Made by a program: the position numbers and the translations under genes. Shown here one piece after another: positions 41,201 to 56,200 of a DNA stretch of 64,000 nucleotides (its first letter is position 1; each line of letters begins with the position of its first letter). The DNA comes from Phoronis australis. Its lineage: Eukaryota > Animalia > Phoronida. The stretch covers positions 45,756-109,755 of the forward strand of contig NMRA01000336.1 of NCBI GenBank assembly GCA_002633005.1, given 5' to 3'. Under the pieces are notes generated by a model. The model did not search any database, was not told the origin of the DNA, and worked only from the letters and a program-made list of their open reading frames with translations.

Positions 41201-44200
41201 AAAATCTATTTCCAAGTGTGTTCAGCTTGAGCGCATAAATTAGTTACCAGTTGTTGAAAAGTCAGTTAGTCACTACATTTGCCCTTACGTTTGTTTTCGT
41301 CATCACGTCGAACATAACGTACCTTGCCGTTCATGTGTGGGTGGAGAGACCATGTGAGGCTAACTGACTCCATCTCATTAACATGCACTGAACAGGTCAA
41401 GACGACATTGGTACCTTCTTCGAAGACTTGTTCCCCAGCATCATTTGCCGTGATGTCTGGCCTAGGGCTTGTCCTTTTACCTACGGTTAAGACTTTCATG
41501 TCGCTTAAAGCCCATGCAATGCCATTTTTGAAAACTAAAGGTTTGCTTGGTATTTTGGAACGAAACCCTTCGTCTTCCTAATGATACATGATAAAACAAT
41601 GGACCGAATGGAGTTCAACAAGAATATTAATCGCCGTTAACTTGATTACAGTTTGAAGTTTGCGACTTCGGCTCAGGGCTGCCTGGTACTGTAAATGCAT
41701 TCGGCTGATTTACAAAACGTGTTCTTGCTGTGAATGTGACCACCGTGAGCGTAGCCTTCCGCAAGAGAGAGTGATGAAGAGCAAGGGGTTCTATCATAAA
41801 CATTCCACTTCTCTATCAATTGCTAGGTTTGGACATGAGTTGCGGATATGCCCGGTATTTACTCACTAATATAACACAATCTTGTCTTTGGGTTTGGCTG
41901 CGTTAGCGTACAGCTAGTCATATTTGGCTATCCCAGCAATGATTCTTTGTGGTGGAGCCTTTACAACAAACTCCGGAGGATCTCCCAAAAATAAAACCAA
42001 GTGTTAGACACAATTCCAAGAGTCTTTAACCTAACCTATGGCGATCTATTATTAAAATCTCTTGTCTATTTACATTGTCAAGACGTTTCGGTCGGTTTAT
42101 TCCCCGGCCACCGTCAGGTGTTCCTGCGTTCTTAGAAGAACGACCACGGATATGTGGTACACTCATCATGGTGTGACTTTTTTGACTCCGTGCTGTAGTG
42201 GTTAAAGTGGTTGATTCAAAATATCTGTAGTTTCAGAAGTTGTGGGTTCAAATCCTTCCTCAGACAATATATAATCAAAAGAAATCACACCATGATGAGT
42301 GTACCACATAACCGTGCTCGTTCTTCTAAGAACGCAGGAACATCTGACGATGGCCGGAGAATAGACCGACCGAAACGTCGTGACATTGTAAATGGACAAG
42401 AAGTCGGTGTAAATAGACCAAGAAATTTTAACAATAGTTGTAACATGCCACCACCTCAGAGCGGATTTAGAAAGTCACTATTCGAGCGACTGGTGTTGAT
42501 GAGATTACATACACATAATTATTGAAAAATCTAAATTACTACCTGCAAAGTGTATTAGAAAGGCACGCATCTCTTCGCTCGAGTCAGACGTGGCGAGGCA
42601 CACTTTTTCTCCTTTCACTGCCAGTGTTGGGTTCTCGATAATTACTCCTTCTTGCTTTCTGTAATAAACATTTTCACCGAATGGGACGGTATCGTTTTTC
42701 TCTATATCTAGGACAACGACGTTGACTCTTGAACTCGTCACAAGGCACGGAAGGATGACGTAATCATCGCGATATATGTAAACGGCGAGGGGCTCTGAAG
42801 TCTTTAGTAACTGAACAGGATCTGAAAGACAAAATATAAAATTACAGTAACGTTTGAGGGTACTATATCCAGTCACGTTTACTTACAAGCATCGTTTAAT
42901 GTACTCGTCTCAAAAAGTTCGGAAATCGATATTCGGTTGTCAATACATTCCTTTTTCGAACAATTTCTCTAGATATGACAGTCATTCCTCTTTAGACTTG
43001 AAATAACATAGTTGGGTGTGAAAACTTGCCCTTTGTTTATGAGAATTCGGAAATTTTTGTTTAGTTGCCAATCTTCTTTTAACTTATCTTATCAATTGTT
43101 GCATACATAGATATCTTATACTGTGATGTCTGTTGTTGCATATCATCAAAAAGGTTATGTTTTTCAAACAACACCATCTGCGATCGTAACTTGAATTGTT
43201 AACATTAAAATATGGGCTTTGTTTAGCAGACATCTTACCATCAACGGTCATTTCCTAAGTCATGTGAGTAAGTTCTACCAATAGTTTTGAATAAACAAAG
43301 TTCTTATTCCAGCATTTGTGGCAAATGTTACTACCGTCAAAATCAATGCATTTTCCATTACAATACGTTGACAACAGACCCAGGAGTGCGCTGGATGTTT
43401 TAGTTGTTGGATAACTACAACTTTGCATAGGTCTGTTGTTGATTTGCCTATCGATATGGTATTAAGGTATAACATATTCGACGACTTAATCAAGAGTCGT
43501 TGCAGTGAGGAAAGTTGCCACGTTAAGTGCAAACATGCACTGTGCACATTACTTCAGACATGTGAATAGTAAGCTTACGCGGAGGTGCAGAGCAATTGTA
43601 TAAGACCACTGACGCAAATACCACGTGTCTTGACAACTGTATTTTTAACAATGCATTTCCGTGATTTAGTTAGATGAAAACAGAAATTGAATATGACGTT
43701 TCAGCTAGGCCTAGTGTAAAAATATCGGTGTCAAATGTTTCCTACAATGAACGGCGCGTAGGTAATTCCACTAAAAATAGTCCAATCATGCGACACAACA
43801 ATGACCATTTTCGTGAGTGCATTAAGTGGCATTCAATATTTTTGAGCTAGGTGCTCCCCACTTTCATTAAAACTTGCCACCTGCTAGGTCGACTTGGCAT
43901 TTAAAGGTTTGTTCTGCATGTGTAGGTTACGAATGGCACTTAATTGCTCAAGTCTGGAGTCTGTTCTGAAAGATTGGCAGGTGCTGACTCCTTGATATCG
44001 CCAAAAATGTAGCATGTGGTACTGCGCATGCACATGCCCGCAACCGTCCATAAGAAATACATGGAAACGGAATATTGTTAGCAGAGCAGACAATAGTCTG
44101 TTACAGAGAGTTAAGACTCGGTGAAACATTTTCCATTTATCCTGCCCAACCATATGAACAATTGTCCGTACGTTAAAATTTGAATACATAGCTCACTTTT

Positions 44201-47200
44201 CAGTCACGTTTTTGATAAAATTAGTTTCGCTATCGGATTTGTCTATATATCATGAGACGAACAGAAGTAATCACAGACAACGAAAGTGAGGGTACAAGAC
44301 AAAGAGAGAGTTCTTGGTTTGATCGAGGTTTCAGATAAACTGTTTGGATGAAAGCCAATAACCCTTCTTTGATTAGACAACGATGGTTGCGATTTAAATT
44401 GTCTGTCTCATGGTCCAGTACATTGCAGTTGTTGTCAATGAACGCAGGTAGAGGGTGACAAAATTTTCGGGGAACCAATCCTTCCATGCCCAGTAGGAGC
44501 GTGAAAGCTATTTCTCATTATCTTCCAGAAGTTATGATTCATATGTTTTTGCTGCTAAGCACTAGAACAGCTGAAGGCAAAAAGCAGCATTTACCTGTTA
44601 GCTTTCAGTCACGCTTACCGTTCACAAATATGTAAACCGACGCATTTATTCCTGTTGTGTTTTCCAGAAAACACGTATATAATCCTGTGTGGTTGGCTAC
44701 TAAACCTACAATGGTGAGGTTATTCTTGAAGTCTTCTGTTTCTTCGTTGTAGATGTCTCCAGTGTCATACGTCACGAGCTGGAAAAGATTTTCACCTACA
44801 ACAGCCCTTATGTACTTTGTTTTCTTTGCTTGTACGATATACGGGGAGCAGACGGTACAGCTTTTCCAGACACTTCAACCAATGTTTACAAAAATACTCA
44901 GATCTTCCTCAAATGTATAACAAAATTAATTTTTTTTATAAATGGATGGAAAGAACTCCATCTAAATGAAAATAAGGTTTTATTAGAAATAGTATCGAAA
45001 TTTCTTTTCAATATCAATTCTCTTTGAGTGAGGAGATAAAATTATACATATGTAAAATAACTTATTTTGTATGCAAATGATTTATTAACATTTGTAATCA
45101 TAACATCAATTTTTTAATTATATATCTGTGTATAATAATTGTATATAGATTTCTTTGTATTTATTTAACTACAGATACAATGTCTCATGACTCTTTTTGG
45201 GTATGTATATCTATTGTACTGAATATTTCGTAATAAACATTTAAAAAAATATATTTTAAGGTTCTGTAGGACCTTCAAAAAATGGCAAAATTTGGCTGAC
45301 TTCGAAGAATCACATTATTTTCAGAAATGACAGACCGAATTCATATGAAACTTTCAGACACCATGGTTTATGTATTGTTCTCCATTAATAATTGTTTTTA
45401 AAAGTTACCTCTTTTGCTCGATGAGCAATCACAAAATTGGAATTTTATGATTTTTATGAAAAAACTCAAAAATTCCATAACACGAAAATCGAAATGATAA
45501 ATTAGAAAACTGTAACAGCGTTTTTGAGATTTCATCTTGAACGCTCTTTACATCGAACGAACTTTTGTCACGCTATTGATACCGTTGGCTTGCTATGGAT
45601 GTTCCTTCCTTTTTGTTAAATTTTACTAAAAAGACATGTTCACGTAATCCAAATAATAGTAGATTGGAGTAAAGTCAAATATTACAGGCTTTTTACTTTC
45701 AAAAATATATATGCTTCTATTCAGTTAAAATCTACATAAATTCGGCTAAAAACACCGACAAGGTGAAAAGGTCCTGCATAACCTTATGATAAAAGATATT
45801 CGTCCAGTATTGCGTGCAGAGCTGATTAGTTAGTCAAGAAGAAATGTCGATAACAATTTAATATAAATTTGTTCAAATTTACCTGTACAGAAGGAAGTTT
45901 CCACTGGAGAGTTTTGCTTCCAGTACAGGCAAGGTCCACAGTTGATCCTACGCCCACGTCTACATAGGGGTAACCGTTCTCATCTGCTTGCTTTGCACTT
46001 CCCAGCACGACAAGTTTTGGCTCCATAGGCTCTGAAATAAATTAGCAGTTAATGAACGTGGGAATGAAATCAGTTGAGATGGTGTCTTGCCAGATACTTT
46101 TTGTGACCCAAATTTACCACACAATTTATACTTTTCGCAGTTAGCCTGGAGTACTAATACCAGGAAAATATCAGGAAAGAAATCCAAGCCGGGATAGCTC
46201 AATTCTTAATATGTTGATGAAGACGTTGACTAGAAAGCTTAAGCTTTAGAACTCTCACTGCGACACGTGATTATGGAAGCAGCTGAAATTGGTGAAAGTG
46301 ATATAAACGATATCGTCACTGAGGCCGTAAAAATCCATCAAGCTCTCATGTGGCCCGCTATTATAAAAGTACTGAGGGAGCAATTAGCCCAGCTTGCACT
46401 AGTGCAGATGAATAATATCTAGAGGCTAGGTTATAAGAGAAGGACGAGGAAATCAATAATCTCATACTGATAATTGTTCAAACTTAGTTGATACCTTAAA
46501 ACAATACTCGCGACGTAAAACGTGACAAATTTCGGTGAACCTGCCAGTGAAAGTAAAAGCGAAACAGACAAGAAAATTATCGACCTTGGAACGTAACTGG
46601 GCATAAACACAGACCAAAAAGTCGCATGTCTCACTGCATAGACTGTGACCTGAGCGCAAAATCGCAAAGCAGAGTAATTATATGCAAATTTATATCGTAC
46701 AGTACAGCACAACAAAACACAAATTTAGGGGCGACGATATGTGTATAGTGCAACAATATATGCTGCCACATTGCGATGGCACAAATCATTGTCCCTAAAA
46801 GCACCTATAATTAGCGAAATTGCTTGACTGACTGTGTACGTGCAACCTTACGCGATACTGATGCTAGGCATAGGTAAAGGTATAGGCAAATCCTAACTTC
46901 CACGAAGGACTCTCCCGGGAGACGAGCTGGATGTTCCAGGGGGTCTGAATGAGGAAACAGGGTTCGAGTAGGGGAATTACCGAAAGCCTGGAGTAAAACA
47001 TATTTTTAGCATCCCAAAGATTCATGCTTGCGAAGTCAATGTTACTGCAAACGACGCTGGCGTCAGACGTAATTATCACCAACCATCCCGAATCTGTCCC
47101 GTTCAAAGTGCCACAACTTCATTTTTTCCAATTTGCCGATACTCTCTCAGACTCTGGATCCGCCTATGTGCCATAATTCCTGATATGCAGACACATTGTG

Positions 47201-50200
47201 AGGAGAACACAATTTTTCGGTTTTCATGACACATATTGTCGTACCTGACAACTCGCCTGGGCGACAATATGTGCCAATGTGATACTAAGACCCGTATTTT
47301 ACTCTAGTTTGAATTTAAATGCTCCAAACCATTGTGCGTAGCATAAACGAACTTCAAGGACTTCATAAAGCGAGCCTCGGTTTGGCTGATTTATATGCAT
47401 AGTTTTTTACAAAGTTCTGTAAACATACTTCTGCATGCTTTTTTCAATAGGAATAGGCTATTGTTCGTCAACCATCTTGTGCCCGGGTGTTTCGATCTTT
47501 GCGTGAATTTCTTCCTATCACATTTAATTCTTTATTTTACAATTTCTTTTTATCCTTTTTATCAACTGTGCGTGTTTTTATGTCGTATAGAAGAAAAGTG
47601 TTTATTTGCCACCTGTATATCTGCAGCAGGTATTCTGTGCGTGGAACAACTAAAGAGTCGTATATACATCGTTGGAGTAATCAAAGTTACGTGTATTTAA
47701 ATCATGTGCTCCTTTATCTCAACAACTGTAACATAAGCCAACAAGTAAGTGGTGAGCGGGACTTTGGCTACAGACTACAATTTCGGGATGCAATAACCAT
47801 TATTAATGCCAAGAAAGATTCAAATACAACCAAAGTACTAAATACAATTGATGCAAACTGTACACGTCACTGAGGAGAAATTACACTCAGTCACTCATTC
47901 ATTTTCACATGTGAAGTCCTAAGCATAAAAAATAATATATCCAATAAAATATTTTCGATAACTATCGACGGCACAGTACTAGACCAGGTAAACGTTTCAG
48001 CATACCTTTCTTAGTTTCACTATCTTACGGTCGAACAATGCCTAAATCTTCAATAATCTCATGTATCACTACGTGCAACACCTTCCAAGAATGTAATAAT
48101 TAAGTCATCATTAAAGGTAGTCCACTTGGGCGCAATACTTCGGCGAAAAACGAATATCATTCCTCTTACTGGCTTTAATCATATATCCTATTCAAAGGAA
48201 ATTTGTTTGCACAGACCCCAGTTAAATTCAGGCACAATTTTCAAAACATGTCTCTCGGCTGTGGATTTGTCCAAATGAGTTTTCATTAATTTTATTTATT
48301 GCACATTTATGCAATCCATTGTTGCAACACATACATGTACACACATTCAGGCAGGTGTGCGTAATGCCGGAGTGTGTTGTCACAATGTCAGAATATTGGG
48401 TCACCTCTCACTCTAGATTCCACGGCGAAAGACCTTCTTTGAAATCATTTTGCTGCTTGTTCCGCCCATGGTTAAACACATACTTTTCCATAAGAACATT
48501 TCACTGTCATTTTTGATGTTTCAAAGACTACAATTGTACTATTATGTTCAATTGCACCAATCTACTGCAGAATTTTGCATGTAAGCACACGTGCCTTAAG
48601 TTCACTTACAGACCCAGCTTCTGTCTCCTGAACATGAGCATGTTTTAAAGTGGGCGTTTTGTGTGTAATTTGTCCACTTGTGCACATTTAATCACAAAGT
48701 TAATGAGAATAGAATACGCGTCTACGTTTTCGTAGTTGGGATAGTCAAAGTTTCCTCACATGCTATTTCATAAGTTGCCCCACATTTTTTACACAAGTGG
48801 TTCACATCCTGTGGTATGGGTGTAAAATAGCACATTCGACGTTTCGACAGGGCAATGATTCCACCTTCTATGCAATGCATAAACAGTGTATCCAATAAGA
48901 CAGCGTGTACAATGACGGGTATGGAAAAACTGTTTCATGGCATCTTTGCCTTTTGACATCACATGAACCACTATTCTTCATTTCAAAAGGACTTGCCACA
49001 GTCAGGGGCGCTTTTTCGTAATGCAATAGATGCATTGAGAAATGTGTGAAATTCCTCGAAGCGTGTGTGATTTTTCCCAATGTTTGCCCTACTAGTTGGG
49101 AAATAAACCCAACTCGATAGTGTACCTTTCAGCCAAAATAATCTCTTCTACAATGTAAAGGAATGCACGTCGAATGTAAGGCAGATAGCACACTAATGCG
49201 ATAAAGAAAACAATTACCGTCGTATTGTAATGTGACTTCTGCTTCTCCAATATACACAAGTTTGTGCGTTGCAACAAATATATAGCCGCCTGCGTCGTGT
49301 TCGGTTAGCCCAGAAATAATTAGCCGAAATGTTTTGCCGTCATTTCTGCAAAAATGCAAATTGTAGTTGACTTGCCGAGAGGGTTTCATTTCTAAAAGAG
49401 AGTGGTACGAGCAGAAAATCTGGTAATCCAGGTAATCTGGTCAAAATATGCGATGGAGCTTGATTTTCCAATATGAAGCTTAAAATACCGATGGGAAGGA
49501 CGAACCACCTTCTGGTGCAAAGGAGGGACTCAAAACGCGAAGAAAGAACGAGAAATGCAACGACGAAGTAATGATGGGAAGGAGGAGGCTGTGAAAGGAA
49601 TGCATTTGTTTTTGAGCACGCCATTTAAAGTGGCACAGAAAGCGAAAAACAAAGTAAACTCCATTATGGTTCTCTGCCGGTGAATCCGAAGTCGATCTGT
49701 TCGCCAAGCAATTTTGTTCGTAAAGATTTTTAAATTTCTGTTGATGCCAAATTGTTTTTCCTTTAAATTGATGAAGATCATAATTCATCCAGGTCCATGT
49801 ATATAGGACTAATAATGAATTTTCTCAACAAGACGTATCTTGTTGAAAACTTGAAGTTGCAGGGCTCTCACCTGTCATCTTCTATGGAAGATTATTGACT
49901 GGCGGTCTCAGGTCTCCCAGCCATGGACATCACAGTATTAAGATGTCTATGCTCCCCGCTTTTCCCGTGGAACTGTGCCAGCTTGACCACTGTTGGACAG
50001 TAAGTGCAGTGCCCTATGCCAGGTCTTGGACATGTTAAGTCTCGCTCCATCAGACTGGTTCTAGGAGTGATTTTTTAACCGAGATCCAAAGGTCTTTATA
50101 CCACGCTCAAACCAGTTATTCTCGATCCTAGACAAGGAAAACAATGGTTTGAGTGCGGTGTCAAATAGGCCTTTTGGATATCGGACAAACCTTCCCTAAA

Positions 50201-53200
50201 CCATTCTGGTGGAGTGAGATTTAACCTGTCTAAAACCTGGCTGAAGGCATTGGAATTATCATACAACAGAGGTCGCAACCTCCCATTAGTTGGAATTAAA
50301 ACCCATTCTTCGCGATCTCATCCGCCACCCTTCGGCTGTCCGAGCTTGGTATGGATCATCAAGTCTATACAAAGATGATTTGCGTTGTGTGTAATCTGAA
50401 CAAAGCCAATGGTTTTCAGAGCTCTGTATGTTTGATTCTGCTTACAAACACGAACGCTAATGATAGTAACCGCCTAACCGGTCATTTCTAGTTGAGGTTG
50501 ACCTTTCACTAGGGATTGGTGGATTGGTTACTAAGGACGTGGACAACTCGGGAGAGGGTATTGTTTCAGGTGTGCATCGTCTTGCATGACTAGTTAGGTG
50601 TCCTGGCATAGTCTCGTTGAGTGGGTATATGGACAAGATGAATACGGGGAGGTTCATCATTCGGATATCCATTTTCGGTCAACCAGGTATTGCGTTTCAT
50701 TTGAATTGTGAATGCGAGGAGGCGCCTTCACGCGTTAACTTGCCATTTGGTCGATAACTCAAAAAGATGACGGCACAAAGCTACGCACGACTTCGAATGC
50801 TTCAAACTACCTTACCTGACTTGATGCTTCACACCATCGTTGCTAAGTTCATAGCCATTCAAAAACCACTTCCCGATGATCGATGCAGGGGGTGTCTGGT
50901 CATAGAATACTACCAATTCTCTTATTCGCGAGCCCCAACCGAAGTTGATTATTGGTTTGTCCACGCGCAGCGTAATGCTAGGCATTTCTGCAGCAAGCCG
51001 GAATGAAGACAATTGAATCATACAGTCGTGTTTATTTCAAAAATGTATGAATGAATGTAAGTTTTGAGTGATCCAGTTGAGAGAGATTTTTTTCATTTTT
51101 AAATAATATAAAAGCAAGCAATGTTATATGACTGGGTAGCCAACAAAAACACGGGCCGCTGATTGCTGACCACCGAGCAACAATAAATTAAATAGAAATT
51201 AACAATGAAGAAGAGCAATACAGATAACTACACGAAAAGTACATCTACAATGAAATAAAATACAATGCATTTTCCAAAAAACGTTAATTAAATGTATTTC
51301 ACAAAGAGTTAACTTAAAACACAGAGACTATTGATACAAGGGAAACGACACGGTTAAAAAACATACGACTAAGATGTAAGACAGGTGATCACGGTTACTT
51401 AAATTAGAACACGCATACCAATGTAGAACGTTACACCGAGAGTTGTAGATTACATATTAAAAATGCAATTTTCCAAATACATGGAGAACCCTTTAAGCTA
51501 TCCGTATCGATTTTGTCTGTTGTAAATCAATAAGTGAGGATTGAATAATACTGCAACTTGCTTTAAAATGACGCGACGTTGCGGCCCTGTCACAGGGTCG
51601 TGGGGTTGGCTAACTGAAGGAGTGGGTTGGTCTCTTCTAAGCCTGTCGACACTCCCAACGCCACCGGCTAGTTCATGTGAAAGACCTAGTTCTTACGAAT
51701 CATAAATCCTCAGTTGTGTACGAGATTAAGATTGCAGCACGGAATCTTGTGGGCCCGGGGAAAGTTTTGTAGGTGAGTCCAAACAGGCACTGAAGAGCAA
51801 ACTTTACGATAATCGTCGCCCCAGTTATAGAGATACATATGATTCTGCGGTTCTCACTCACCACTGATTCTGGACAGCCAGTGAAACTGACTAGCTCAGG
51901 AGAGATGTGAAGGAGGCGCTATATAAGCATATTGGACAACCAGCTCTCAACAAACATGGTGGACTCCGTCACAATCCATCTCATGTGTGTCAACCAGGTT
52001 TTTAGGTGTCTCTCGAGTTGTCTATTACCTGAACCCACTCCGGCCAGTCAGTCCACCGACGGCCCTGTGATACCGCCGCAACGTCGCGTCACTAAGTTCC
52101 AGTGAAGAAATTGTTCTAATTTCACCCATTCATTTCGAAAATGGTTGGAAGTTTAGAAAATGAGTTTTGTCATTATTACATTTTTGTGGTCTGACATAGA
52201 CATTGACATAATAGACGTAAACCTCTTCCGGTGAATTGTATCAACGGGGAGCCACGCTGTCCAAGGCCGATGACTGATCGAGGTCAATATTGCTCACCTG
52301 AGGCAACGCAAAGCATCGTACCATAGGCGGATTTAGGGGGGCCAGGGGACCCTCTTTACCCAATTCTCCGAGGCAACATGTTGGCCCCCCTTATGGTGAT
52401 CATAGATCCGCCACTGCGTACTGTCTTTTATACATGTATAGCCAGATGTCCTATAATAATACTTGATTTTATACCAGCAAACGTTGACAAGACGTCAAAT
52501 AAAAACAATTTATTTCTCACGACTAATTGAAACACAATAATCATAATTACTTACCGTGGACCTTTAACAAAAACGGTTCAGAGGTTAGGTTGAACTCTTT
52601 GTGGGTACAAGTGTAATTACCAGTATGAGACATTTGAATCTTACGTAGACTACACTCACTAGTAGCGTTTGAGTAGTATCCATACGAACGTATAGTGTAT
52701 TGGGAAATCTGTAAAAAGTAACGAACCACTGGAACAGTAGGAAGATTACTCCATATATCTTCCAAAAGCATCCTGTGTTTTTATTACAATCAGATATGAT
52801 GAAAACTCAGTTAGAAGGCCATTGTCAGCTCTTGTTACTGCCTGATCCCTTCATTTAAGTTTCTGACTGACGATACATGCATCACATAAGTAAGAACGGT
52901 GACCTCGTCTATTTTAAAGACCACAGCACAAACGTTATCGACAAGTGAACTGGCTGCCCTGCTTCATATTATATTGACTTTCGTCACAGGTGCAAATGTA
53001 ACGAATAAAGCTTTCCTGCCATCACCTCCAAAATATAAGTTCAAACGCTTGTAAAAGTTTATGTTAAATTTATGAAGTGGTGTGAATGCCGTGTTTCGTA
53101 TGTACACACAACCGAGTAAAACATGAAACGCCCCACACCACGATCTCTTTTTGGTCAATGATTTTCACTGTAAAAAAACAATATTGTCTTACTCTGAGTT

Positions 53201-56200
53201 CATGTGGTCATAGTACTCATAGTGAAAGGTACTCTTAATAATATAAAGCTACAGATAACCATTGTAATCAGTGCCCAGTAATCCTTGTCCATCAGATGTA
53301 GTGTAACAGACTAATTTGATACCAATGTTAACAAAAGTCGATCAATCAGGAACCTAATTTCTTGGATTTATATTTGTTGGAAAAAAGGAAGAAAAAACGG
53401 AAAGGAAAGTTTGTGCGACCTGAGGGATAAGCGCAGTGGTAGGAGGAGGACGTTGGATGAATGCAACTGGAAGAGGAAAGCTGGCCTGTGCCGAAAAATA
53501 AGCTTCTCTGCCTATGTTACGGAGACAACTTTAAGACCAGACGTGCTGTCGTCACAGACAAGAAAAGTATAATACAAAATTTAACTATATTATACATATT
53601 AAATTTAACTTGTTAAATGCATTTGTAGTCATTATTTTGACACGTGTCATTTTTTTATTTTTGTATCAACCCTTTCGGTTTAGTTTACATAATCCATTTC
53701 TATTTATATCCTCCGGGTTCTACTTTTGTATTCATACACCTCTCTTCTCGACACGTGATTGCTCACTCATATTTCCTTGTTCAATATTGCCACCTACCTC
53801 CTTGTCTACAGGACCTCTACGTTTTTTTCTCAGTATTTTTTACACCCTACATCCCAGGTGCCTGTTTTTATTTTTCTTATTATACATTGTCTGTTACACC
53901 TTTCAGGCTTTTCTTAACTCTTTTGTTTTTGTTCCAGTACTAAGGGCACTTCTACGTACACACCGGTGGCGCCGTTTTTCCATGCTCACCTTGCAGTTTT
54001 CTATATTTCTTCAATTTACGTCATAATAGGTGACATTATTACTGGATGAGGCAATGGAGACAGAATGTCCAATGGTCAAAGTATGTTCCCCTACTGCAGT
54101 TGGTCTGTCTAGTTTCTGGTGTTCTTTGAATCTAGTTCCAAGCGACGTTTGGTTTCCCCAACATCATTGGCAAAGAACAGAATTGGTTTGCACGTAAGAC
54201 CAAATAATCCATAAAAAATCAGGACAGAGCGCTCCCTTTTGAACCGGGACCCTGGTGTACATTTACCTCCACTGTACTCTAACATACATACTAAGCGAAC
54301 GGCGGGAAACACGTCATTCATCGACAAAGGCCTGGCGGACCAGGCCGAAATGTCTGCATCCAACTAATTCGTTTCTGAGTAAGTGTTTTTTCTTATTCCA
54401 ATGCATCGAGAGACCAATGACAAACATTTTTCCCTAAATTGAACATGCCTGTACATAATTCCCTTGATAAAACATGCACTGGCTCTAAATACTATCTTTC
54501 CAGAGATTATTATTTTATGTTTAGTTATCATTTTACACTCGCATTTCTGGATCGTTATCGGTCATGATGAATGATCTTTATTTCGCTTATATATGGTCTC
54601 CTTTTTATCTCTGGGCACGGAGCTTGCGACACATCTATCGGGACATAGGTTGAACATAAATAGCTTAATTTGAAACAACTAACCAACGCTGGTCGTACAG
54701 CGCAGGTAGCCAAGCCGTGGGCTGCTTAGGCTTCGATGCTTGCTCTTCGTAATTTCTGAATTAAAATGTTTTTCATAGCCAGGCTGCTTTTCATTAATGG
54801 CGTGATAATATAGCAAAGGACTAGACAGTTGTGTCATGCCATTGGCTTAGTTTATTTGCTGTCAAATCAAACTATGTGTCATATCTACGCAAAGGACCAC
54901 CTAGGTATTCCGAAGACCATGGCGTAGGTTTTCTTGCAAGCCAAGCCACAGCCTGTTAAAAAATGTGTACAGTACCTTGCTACATATCCCGAAGGGCACG
55001 TTCCACTTGAAGCTGACATTGACCTCTTTACCGACTTCAACCGTGCAATTCAAGGTGATACTGTCGTGTACTAAATAATCACTCTGTCTGTTACCTATAA
55101 CCGGACGCTGACGTCGTACATTTTTCGCTGAAACCGTAAGATCTCGTTCAGTACATTTTACAAGCGTAATTTACAACTACAATGATACAAAAATGTTTTG
55201 ACTATTCAGGCTTGGTCATACACTTTAGTTCTTTTCTCACGTACTCCAGAATTTTATTCGTATAGTCAAATTTTGCCCGTTCTTTGTGAAACAAGCCATC
55301 ATATAGGACAACAAACATGTTTCTTAAGGTCATATATTTTCACAGGAAAAAATCTAGTTCGTAACTTTTCAGAACTCTCAATACTCATGCATAGTTGGCA
55401 GTATTTTTGCTAAAATCAGTGTCAAGAAGTCATGTTTGCAAGATCAACATAAAAAGAAAAACGAGGCTTGTGTTAGAAAAGACAAAGTGACTTAGTACAT
55501 ATCTAGGGGTACTTCAAGCTCTCCAGAAAATCTGTGACAGTCGATGTAGAAATTGCTACTCAAAATAGTTTATTATTTTATTACTCACCATATACTTTAT
55601 GAAACAAAAGTCAGTAAAGTGGCTCTTACGTGTCACCAAAATTTTCCTGTACAACGCAATTTCACGCTGTTCGGTGCCTACCATAACACGGCACACATAC
55701 ATGTTGTGGGTTCTTAAGCTTGCCTCCCGCACGGCGTACAACACAACATTGTTATAATCGGTGCTAAAAGAAAAAATGTAAAGGACTGTTACATGTAAAA
55801 GAGACATACGCAGATATCCTAATGTTAACAATTAACCTGAAGTTATAGTTGTGCAGTGCTCTGTGCGTAGGACAAGTACCGTAATGGAGCGTTGACCAGT
55901 TACGTCAACCGAAATTTGTCACTATTTACCCCTCCCATCTTGATATAACCCCCTCCCCTGTCAAGCGTCTAATTAAGTCTAATTATGTGATCATAGTCAA
56001 AGACATCCTCCCAGTTTAGGCAGTGCTGGAATAAGTCTGTTTGTGTACATGTTTATAACGTAAACTTAGTGAAACGTGATCAAATCTTGGAATCCCGGAG
56101 GAGTGAAGCGGCGGGTCCCAGTTTTGGAATTAGTTAATTCCGCTAGATGATGAATCAATTTCCCAACGATATTCTAATAAACCACACGATGACGTTACCA

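Noticed and set aside
41481-41577. Longer version of the 41323 exon using the acceptor at 41578
   Set aside because: Phase 0, incompatible with the upstream phase-1 donor (leads to a stop).
42184-42268. Functional tRNA gene
   Set aside because: Only A/B boxes are recognisable, with no convincing cloverleaf; treated as a SINE-like core.
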